From Candidatus Bathyarchaeia archaeon (GTDB lineage Archaea; Thermoproteota; Bathyarchaeia; Bathyarchaeales; Bathycorpusculaceae), in assembly GCA_038882655.1 (NCBI GenBank), contig JAVZNT010000016.1, forward strand, positions 1 to 21,687: a DNA stretch of 21,687 nucleotides, read 5' to 3'. A program made the translations under genes and the position numbers. Below, piece by piece: positions 1 through 6,579 of the stretch (the stretch's first letter is position 1; each line of letters opens with the position of its first letter). The notes under the pieces are model-generated. The model worked only from the letters and a program-made list of their open reading frames with translations. It was not told the origin of the DNA and ran no database searches.

Positions 1-23
1 CCATCAAGAAAAAGGGGATGTTG

Positions 24-1397
24 CTAATAGGCTGATACGCCTACAAAGCGCAGTTTTTTCAGCTTAACCATTGGCACTGTCGAGGTTTCAAGGGTTACAA
101 GCTCTTTTCCAATCATCAGAATCTTTTTAAGGGCTGAGAGCATGCTGTCTGTAAAGCGCAAATTAACAATAGGCTTTATTATTTCGCCTTTTTCGATGAG
201 GAAGGTTCCGTCCCGCGTTAGCCCGGTCAATATGAGTTTTGTGGGTTCAACTGGGTTGACGTAGTGGAAGGTCGTGACGAATATTCCATGCTTTGTTTCC
301 GCAATTGCCTCTTCCAATGTGGCGTCTCCGGGCTTCATTAACATGTTGTAGGGTAGGGGCATCTCGCCAAAATAGTCGCCCAGGGGTGGAAGTGCATGCC
401 CGGTGCTTTTCTTGCCTTCTCTGCCCGCTGTGAAAGAGTTGTAGCATATGTTCTTCTCAGAAACCACGCCATTGGTTATGAGCTCTAATGGTTTCTTGGG
501 AACCCCTTCGCCGTCAACTGGCACAGCATACAATGTTTTTGGGTTTCTGGCGTCGTCAACAACGTTTAGTTTGCTGTCGAAGACTTGCTGGTCTGCCACG
601 TATTTAACAAATGACTGCCCGTCCTGGTAGGATTTGGCTGAAAAGCCCACATAACCCATATAGTCCAAAATAACCGACACAGCCAAAGGCGACAAAACAA
701 CCTCAAACTCGCCTGGTTCAACCTTCACCGGATGTAGGCTTCGAACAGATTTTTCTGCGGCGTCGTCAGCCAAAGCCGAAGGCTCAATTTCTTTAACCCT
801 TCTAGAATATTGCTGTGCTGCGCCGAAGCCTTCGGATTCTCCATTTTTTGATATAACTGTTGTTTTCATGTAAGCCAATGAAAGCTGAGCCCATGCTGAA
901 ACACCCAGCGAGTTGGCAACAGCATAACCCATCGAACCGGTTGAAAGGTATCCGGCGACGGCAGCCACTTTAGGCGACTTGGCGTGGGCTTTGTTTATGG
1001 CTTCCCTAACCCTTTCAGCCCTAAACTTCGGCGTGCACTCAGCCGTAGCCTTGTCAAAGGCACCCTTAACAGGTTTCCAGGCTTCTGGTTCTGGAAGGCT
1101 CTTAAACTCCTTGTTGGGCGATGAAGCCTTCGCGATTTTGACGGCTTGCTCCACAGCCTCCCTTATGCCCTTTTCCTCAAGCGTGTTAGCCTGAACAGTG
1201 CTTATCCGCTGGTCTAAAACAACCTTGATGGATACTCCGCCCATTTTTTGGGCAACGTTCTGGTGAATCTGAGAGTTTGCAAAACGTGTTAAGGCATTGT
1301 CCACCATGAACGCCACGGCTTGAGCTTGGCTAACCTTAAATTTTAATGCGTACTCAGCAGTCTTTTCAGCTATTTCCCTCAACCTTTCAACATCCAT
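24..1397 (-). CDS. pmbA: TldE/PmbA family protein (non-catalytic partner of TldD)
   Basis: 457 aa; TRFANSQIHQN, DGEGVP, TGHA and LTGLTRDG motifs; no HExxxH; SD AGGAGGG upstream; directly follows tldD. Confidence 0.9.
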   Translation of the reverse strand: MDVERLREIAEKTAEYALKFKVSQAQAVAFMVDNALTRFANSQIHQNVAQKMGGVSIKVVLDQRISTVQANTLEEKGIREAVEQAVKIAKASSPNKEFKSLPEPEAWKPVKGAFDKATAECTPKFRAERVREAINKAHAKSPKVAAVAGYLSTGSMGYAVANSLGVSAWAQLSLAYMKTTVISKNGESEGFGAAQQYSRRVKEIEPSALADDAAEKSVRSLHPVKVEPGEFEVVLSPLAVSVILDYMGYVGFSAKSYQDGQSFVKYVADQQVFDSKLNVVDDARNPKTLYAVPVDGEGVPKKPLELITNGVVSEKNICYNSFTAGREGKKSTGHALPPLGDYFGEMPLPYNMLMKPGDATLEEAIAETKHGIFVTTFHYVNPVEPTKLILTGLTRDGTFLIEKGEIIKPIVNLRFTDSMLSALKKILMIGKELVTLETSTVPMVKLKKLRFVGVSAY

Positions 1398-1410
1398 TCG
1401 CCGTTCCCTC

Positions 1411-2859
1411 CTACCTTATCAGTCCAACATGGACTTTTCTGAAGCGGGCAGTGCCACATCCATGCCCAACATACATGACTTGTCCCGGCACACCCTTTCC
1501 ACAGTTTGGTGTTCCCCACATCTTCCAGTCGTCCTTGCTCACAGCGTCGCACGAACCCCAGAACTGGGGCGTCACACCCATATATGTTGGATTCTTAACC
1601 ATTTTCTCGCGGCTACCGTTCTTTATTAGCCAGCCTATTTCTGTGCCGAATTGGAAGTTTATGCGCTTGTCATCTATACTCCACGAGCGATTCGTCGTCA
1701 TCAAAACGCCATTGCGAGTGTCTTCAATTATTTCTTTAACCTTGTAGTCGCCTGGAAGCAGGTTAATGTTAGTCATTCGTATTAGGGGCAAAGCCATGGG
1801 CGAGTCAGCCCTCATGCCTCCGCTGCTTTCCTTAAGCCCAAGCTGAGCAGCGGTCTCCCTTGAACTTTGATAGCCTACAAAAATCCCTCTTCTTACGAGG
1901 TAAACCTTTTTAGCCTTCGTTCCCTCATCGTCAAAGCCAAAGGTTCCAAGCCCCAGCGGCACAGTGGCGTCAGCCACAATATTCACTTTCTCAGAGCCGT
2001 AACGGAATTTTCCACGCTTTTCAGGCGTTAGGAAACTTGTCCCAGCATAATCCGCCTCTGTTCCCAATACACGGTCAAGCTCCGTGGGGTGTCCACAACT
2101 CTCGTGAATCTGCAAAGCCAACTGGTCACCGCACAAAATCAAGTCCATCTTGTCGGATGGGCACTTCTCAGCCTCAAAAAGATGAATAAGCTCTTCCCCA
2201 ACAGTTTTTGCATGATCCATTAAGGCTAAAGACTCAAAGAACTCGTAGCCGCTTGTGGCGAAATCCCCCCTAAAAGCAGACGGATAAGACCTTATTTGGA
2301 CTTCTGAGCCTTTAATGGCTATTGCTGAGATTCCGCCGCCACACCATGTTATCTGTTGATCTATTTCTGCGCCTTCGCTACTCATGAAAAGCTTGTTTTC
2401 GCGGTAACCCCTATAGTGGGCATAGGAAACATTCACTAAAGGTGAAAACTCCTTCAAAAAGCGGCTGGCTTCAACAAGAACTTTCAGCTTTTCCTCCAAT
2501 GGCACCTTAAACGGGTCCTTCCTGAAACTTGTGGCGTACTTCTCGCGGTAAGTCTTCTCCTTCACTAGGGTTACGTCCCTCTTCTTAAGCATGGCGCTGG
2601 CTTTGGCTATGTTAACAGCCTTCTCGACGCAGCGTTTAACCTCATCTCTAGTAATATCTACTGAACCGGCAAAACCCCACGCACCATCAACGACGACTCT
2701 TACGCCGAAGCCCCCCGTTTGCGAGTAGGATATGATTTCTGGTTCACCGTTCTTCGCCGTCAAGTTTTCATTTAGGATTTCGCTTATTCTAATGTCAGCG
2801 TAGGATGCACCCCTCTTGCTAGCCTCTTCAAGGGCTAGTTTTCCAAAATCAACAGCCAT
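1411..2859 (-). CDS. tldD: TldD family metalloprotease
   Basis: HESCGHPTE (HExxxH) zinc motif, DDEG, RMTN and C-terminal CGKG; start moved to the ATG at 2859 because of SD GAGGAG upstream (ORF track starts at TTG 2925). Confidence 0.92.
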   Translation of the reverse strand: MAVDFGKLALEEASKRGASYADIRISEILNENLTAKNGEPEIISYSQTGGFGVRVVVDGAWGFAGSVDITRDEVKRCVEKAVNIAKASAMLKKRDVTLVKEKTYREKYATSFRKDPFKVPLEEKLKVLVEASRFLKEFSPLVNVSYAHYRGYRENKLFMSSEGAEIDQQITWCGGGISAIAIKGSEVQIRSYPSAFRGDFATSGYEFFESLALMDHAKTVGEELIHLFEAEKCPSDKMDLILCGDQLALQIHESCGHPTELDRVLGTEADYAGTSFLTPEKRGKFRYGSEKVNIVADATVPLGLGTFGFDDEGTKAKKVYLVRRGIFVGYQSSRETAAQLGLKESSGGMRADSPMALPLIRMTNINLLPGDYKVKEIIEDTRNGVLMTTNRSWSIDDKRINFQFGTEIGWLIKNGSREKMVKNPTYMGVTPQFWGSCDAVSKDDWKMWGTPNCGKGVPGQVMYVGHGCGTARFRKVHVGLIR

Positions 2860-2930
2860 CCCACGACACTCCTCATTCGGTCTAGAGCAGTTAAATATGT
2901 GAGGTTTGGTTTTAAGCTTTGGCAAAAGCG

Positions 2931-2942
2931 TAAAGTTTAAAG
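2931..2942 (+). promoter_or_regulatory. Putative BRE/TATA element for rpoH
   Basis: TAAAGTTTAAAG about 40-50 nt upstream of the ORF; similar AAAGTTTA/AAAGTTTTA elements precede the HAD gene (~5682) and the thiolase operon (~11020). Confidence 0.45.
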
Positions 2943-2982
2943 GTTTACATCATGTTAAGGATTCGAATGCCAGATTCAGCGC

Positions 2983-3549
2983 ATGAGGTTTAATGGTTTG
3001 AGTGTTGAGGAGGAAACCCTAGAAGAACGTAAAGCGAAAATTCTAATCAAGCTTAGGGGCTACAAACTCATCAAGAAAGAGAAGGTTAAAGACACGGCAA
3101 GCTACATTGTTGAAGCTCCAAAAGAGGAGAAAAAGAAAATCCTAATCTGGTGTGTTTCAGAAGAGACTGTTGGCATACTAACCATAAACCGCATGGCAAA
3201 AGCCATGAAAGAAGCCGAAATAGAACATGGAATTCTTATAGCAAGCGGACGCTACACCAATGCCGCAAAACAAACAGCAAAGAAAAAGCACATAGAGCTT
3301 CTACCAAAAACCTTCCCAGTCTTCGACATATTCGAACACAAGCTCGTGCCAAAACATGAAATTTTAACGCCAGAAGAACGAGAAAAAGTCCTAATCCAGT
3401 ATAGGGTAAAACCATACCAGCTGCCACAAATAAAAGCTTCAGACCCAGCAGCAAAAGCCATAGGCGCAAAACCAGGCGACATACTGCGCATAATAAGAAA
3501 AAGCCCAACAGCAGGCGAACATGTAGCCTATAGATACGTGGTGGAATAG
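2983..3549 (+). CDS. rpoH: DNA-directed RNA polymerase subunit Rpo5/RpoH with an extra ~110-aa N-terminal Rpb5-jaw-like (restriction-endonuclease-like) domain
   Basis: C-terminal [10 protein letters not shown]...[10 protein letters not shown]...[18 protein letters not shown]...YRYVV is the Rpo5/Rpb5 C-terminal domain; alternative start TTG at 2998 after GAGGT. Confidence 0.92.
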   Translation: MRFNGLSVEEETLEERKAKILIKLRGYKLIKKEKVKDTASYIVEAPKEEKKKILIWCVSEETVGILTINRMAKAMKEAEIEHGILIASGRYTNAAKQTAKKKHIELLPKTFPVFDIFEHKLVPKHEILTPEEREKVLIQYRVKPYQLPQIKASDPAAKAIGAKPGDILRIIRKSPTAGEHVAYRYVVE

Positions 3550-3559
3550 GCGAATAGGC

Positions 3560-3898
3560 TTATTGTTTGGCTTCTGCAAGCGCCTTGTTTAATAGGCTTT
3601 CCACATGCCTATACTCTTCTAATAGCGCTTTTCCAAAAGTTGTGAGCGTTGCGCCACCTCCGCCCTTTCGCCCTCCCCTATAAGTCTCTAATAATGGCTT
3701 GCCCAGCGTCTTCTCAACCCTCTTTATGTAACTCCAAACATAGCGATACGACATGCCAAGCCTTTTTGCAGCTCTCGATATGGAGTGTTCTCTTTCTATT
3801 TGTTCTAGGATTTGGGCTCCACCCTTCCCTATAAGCGGTTTTCCACGGTGTTCCAGCCATATTTTGAAGGACAGCTTGTGTTTTTTCTGGTTTTGCAT
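3560..3898 (-). CDS. ModE-type winged-helix transcriptional regulator (HTH only, no molybdate-binding TOBE domain)
   Basis: GKGGAQILEQI...SISRAAKRLGMSYRYVWSYI...RGGRKGGGATLT is the ModE N-terminal signature; 112 aa. Confidence 0.88.
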   Translation of the reverse strand: MQNQKKHKLSFKIWLEHRGKPLIGKGGAQILEQIEREHSISRAAKRLGMSYRYVWSYIKRVEKTLGKPLLETYRGGRKGGGGATLTTFGKALLEEYRHVESLLNKALAEAKQ

Positions 3899-3925
3899 TT
3901 TGTTTTTGATATTTGCTACGTTAGG

Positions 3926-3950
3926 TTTATAAGCTTATTCGATATGAATA
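3926..3950. promoter_or_regulatory. Bidirectional TATA box with overlapping palindromes (candidate operator)
   Basis: TTTATAAG (+) / CTTATAAA (-) at 3926-3933; perfect palindrome ATAAGCTTAT at 3929-3938; inverted repeat TATTC-N5-GAATA at 3936-3950. Confidence 0.45.
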
Positions 3951-3977
3951 CGAAAGCACAACGAGGAGGCAAACACC

Positions 3978-4778
3978 ATAAATAAAGAAACGCCGCTGTC
4001 CACAAGCAAGATTTCAGCAGCCCTAGTCTTTGGCATTCTTTTAGGCGCAGCTGCGGGACTAATAGGCGTTGGGGGAGGCGAGTTCAGAACGCCAATACTG
4101 CTCTACATTATTGGGCTTCCAGTATTGACAGCCATAGCCGTAAACCTACTTGTCGGCTTACTGACAGTCGCGGTCTCATTTTTTAGGCGCTTCCAGCTTG
4201 GCTTGCTAAATGCGCACAGCGTCAACATCGCCCTAATAATGTCTGCGACATCAATTATCGGAGCCTATGTTGGGGCGCTTTTAACGGACAAAATTCCAGA
4301 AAAGCCATTGAAAAGGCTTTTGGCTGCCTTCCTCATAATTGTGGGCTTAAAAATAGGGCTTGAACCCTTCATCCATATCCCTTTCACGTTCACTTTCGTT
4401 CTTGGTTTTTGGGAGGAATCCTTCCTAGCAGCCCTAACTGGCTCGGTGATAGGCATTATTTCCGGAACCCTCGGAGTTGCGGGCGGTGAGTTCAGAATAC
4501 CAGCCCTAATCTACATTTTCAGCCTAGACATAGTCGCAGCCGGAACAGCCAGCCTCCTCGTTTCAATACCGACTGTGGCTTCTGGCTTTTTGAAGCATCA
4601 GAACATGGGACACATGAACAGAAACGCCACAATAATAGCAATCGCCATGGGCTTAGGTTCTGTGTTGGGCGCTTTTATAGGCGCATCCTACGCAGGAGTT
4701 GTAGAAAAGGAAATTTTAAAAGTGCTGCTTGGCGCAATCCTAATTTTGGCAACAGTCCGCATGGTAACAGAACCTTAG
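3978..4778 (+). CDS. Sulfite exporter TauE/SafE family membrane protein
   Basis: Two internal repeats, GLIGVGGGEFRTP (upstream of the ORF-track start at 4125) and GTLGVAGGEFRIP; multiple TM helices; frame open back to TGA at 3945-3947; proposed ATA start at 3978 after GAGGAGG. Confidence 0.85.
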   Translation: MNKETPLSTSKISAALVFGILLGAAAGLIGVGGGEFRTPILLYIIGLPVLTAIAVNLLVGLLTVAVSFFRRFQLGLLNAHSVNIALIMSATSIIGAYVGALLTDKIPEKPLKRLLAAFLIIVGLKIGLEPFIHIPFTFTFVLGFWEESFLAALTGSVIGIISGTLGVAGGEFRIPALIYIFSLDIVAAGTASLLVSIPTVASGFLKHQNMGHMNRNATIIAIAMGLGSVLGAFIGASYAGVVEKEILKVLLGAILILATVRMVTEP

Positions 4779-5002
4779 GAGCTAACGCTTCTTCTATCGT
4801 TTTTAAGCTCATATAGAATCACTAATGCTTCGCCTAGGGGGATGCCAAGCCTAGATGCAAGCTCAGAAGGCGTAATATCAGGATTTTCGTGGAGCACAAC
4901 ATCCCTTGTGTAAGCTTTATGATGGGGATACATAACCATCGCGTGAACCGTCTCCACAAGTATTGACCAAAGCTTTTCTTTGGAGTATTCTTCAAAGTTC
5001 AT
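4775..5002 (-). CDS. Small hypothetical protein with HTH-like C-terminus
   Basis: 75 aa, ATG start, protein-like composition; ITPSELASRLGIPLGEALVIL resembles a helix-turn-helix; fills the gap between two genes. Confidence 0.7.
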   Translation of the reverse strand: MNFEEYSKEKLWSILVETVHAMVMYPHHKAYTRDVVLHENPDITPSELASRLGIPLGEALVILYELKNDRRSVSS

Positions 5003-5049
5003 AACCCATCGTAAAGAATATTCGTTAAAGTTGGTTATTCAATTTACTC

Positions 5050-5595
5050 TCAAGAGCCACCAATGTCTTGAAGCTTTTTCCCAAACTCTTCGAGGCTTAC
5101 AATTTTTTCAAGGGGTTTCCGGCGCCTAATTAAATGAAGCACTTTGCCCGTTAAATCAAATTTCCTTTTGGGGTAGCCCAGCGCCAACAGTGCCACAACA
5201 CGATAGTTTTCCGGAATTCTTAGTAATTCGCGCACTTGGTTTTCTTCGAAGCTTCCGACCCAGCAGGTTCCAAGCCCCATGCTTGTGGCTGTTAGAACCA
5301 TGTTCTGCATGGCTATGGCAACATCTACCATAAACCATTTAGACGAGGCCCTCTGGTCGCCGCAGCCAACAATAACGACGGGCGCCTCTTTAAGGAATTT
5401 TGCAAACATGCCCTGGGCAAGTCTCTCCCGCTTCTCAGCATTTGTGACAACGATGAAGTGCCATGGCTGAATGTTGCCTGCTGAAGGTGCAAGCCTACCC
5501 GCCTCCAAAACCTGCAGAAGTTTTTCTTTCGGCACTGGTGTTGGCTGATAAGCCCTTACTGAACGCCTCGCTTGAACAGCTTCAAACACATCCAT
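5050..5595 (-). CDS. Nitroreductase family protein
   Basis: RRSVRAY, LAPSAGNIQPWHF, GLGTCWVG and LALGYP motifs. Confidence 0.93.
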   Translation of the reverse strand: MDVFEAVQARRSVRAYQPTPVPKEKLLQVLEAGRLAPSAGNIQPWHFIVVTNAEKRERLAQGMFAKFLKEAPVVIVGCGDQRASSKWFMVDVAIAMQNMVLTATSMGLGTCWVGSFEENQVRELLRIPENYRVVALLALGYPKRKFDLTGKVLHLIRRRKPLEKIVSLEEFGKKLQDIGGS

Positions 5596-5733
5596 CCCAC
5601 AAACACCACAAAGTGTGATATGCTCTGCGCTTGAAAAATAAGGTTTTGCGAGGCAAAACGGTCGCCTAAAGGCTTTCGGGTAAAGTTTATCTTTAACGAT
5701 TCTGTTAGGTTACAAATTCAAAAAGGGCTAGCC

Positions 5734-6420
5734 ATGATTAGAGCTGTTGTCTTCGACCTTGACGGAACAATAGTAAAATTCAATATTGACTTTAGAGCGG
5801 TAAGAGCAGAGGTTAGAAGCCTCCTAATAAAAGAAGGGGTGCCAGCCTCAGTTTTATCCATAAACGAAAGCATTTTTGAAATGTTGAAGAAAATGGAAAT
5901 TTTCATGAAAAACAACGGAAAACCAGCCAACAAAATAGAAGAGGTTAGGAGAAAAGCCTTAACAATAGCGGAAAAACACGAGTTGGAAGCGGCAAAAACC
6001 ACAAGCCTCCAGCCCGGCGTAAAAGAAATTCTAAAAGCCTTGAAGGACATGGGCTTAAAGATTGGCGTCTGCACGGTCAACAGCCAAAAATCAGTAGACC
6101 ACATCCTCAAAAAATTCGGGATAGGCGGGTTCTTTGAAGCTGTAACCCCGCGAGACGCTGTTAAAAATGTTAAGCCCAACACAGAGCACCTAGAAGCTAC
6201 ATTAAAGGCACTGAAAGTAGACCCAAAAGAGACTTTGGTGGTTGGAGACAGCTCATCGGACATGAAATGTGCAAAAGAGCTTGGCGCAATAACCGTAGCC
6301 CTACCAACAGGTATGTCAACACAAAAAGAGTTAGCAGACGCTGGAGCAAACTACATAATAACAACGATAACAGACATACCAACTCTAATAGAACAAATCA
6401 ACACTTCCAAAAGTGTTTGA
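5734..6420 (+). CDS. HAD-superfamily hydrolase (phosphoglycolate phosphatase-like)
   Basis: Motif I FDLDGT, motif II CT, motif III KP, motif IV VGDSSSD. Confidence 0.92.
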   Translation: MIRAVVFDLDGTIVKFNIDFRAVRAEVRSLLIKEGVPASVLSINESIFEMLKKMEIFMKNNGKPANKIEEVRRKALTIAEKHELEAAKTTSLQPGVKEILKALKDMGLKIGVCTVNSQKSVDHILKKFGIGGFFEAVTPRDAVKNVKPNTEHLEATLKALKVDPKETLVVGDSSSDMKCAKELGAITVALPTGMSTQKELADAGANYIITTITDIPTLIEQINTSKSV

Positions 6421-6579
6421 GAATCTTAAACAAAGCATAGTCGTCCAAGAAGCTGTTGGAAAAGAAAACCCTAGTTATTTATAATGCTAAAACAGTGAAG
6501 AGATTCAAAACAGTTCTGGTTCTGTAGCTGGAAAATTATGAAATTAATGTTTAGAAAAAGGAGGATTTAGACGAGTTTT

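Noticed and set aside
2860-2925. N-terminal extension of TldD from TTG 2925
   Set aside because: Overlaps the promoter region; an SD-supported ATG exists at 2859
3944-3985. 13-codon ORF MNTKAQRGGKHHK as a leader peptide or programmed frameshift into tauE
   Set aside because: Its ATG is too close to the TATA box to be transcribed from it and no convincing slippery site is present; an ATA start is simpler
6421-6579. TCCAA-N7-TTGGA hairpin and AAAAGGAGG SD-like motif in the convergent spacer
   Set aside because: No ORF follows; the reverse complement is a pyrimidine/T-tract consistent with an ordinary terminator, and the hairpin is too short to be significant
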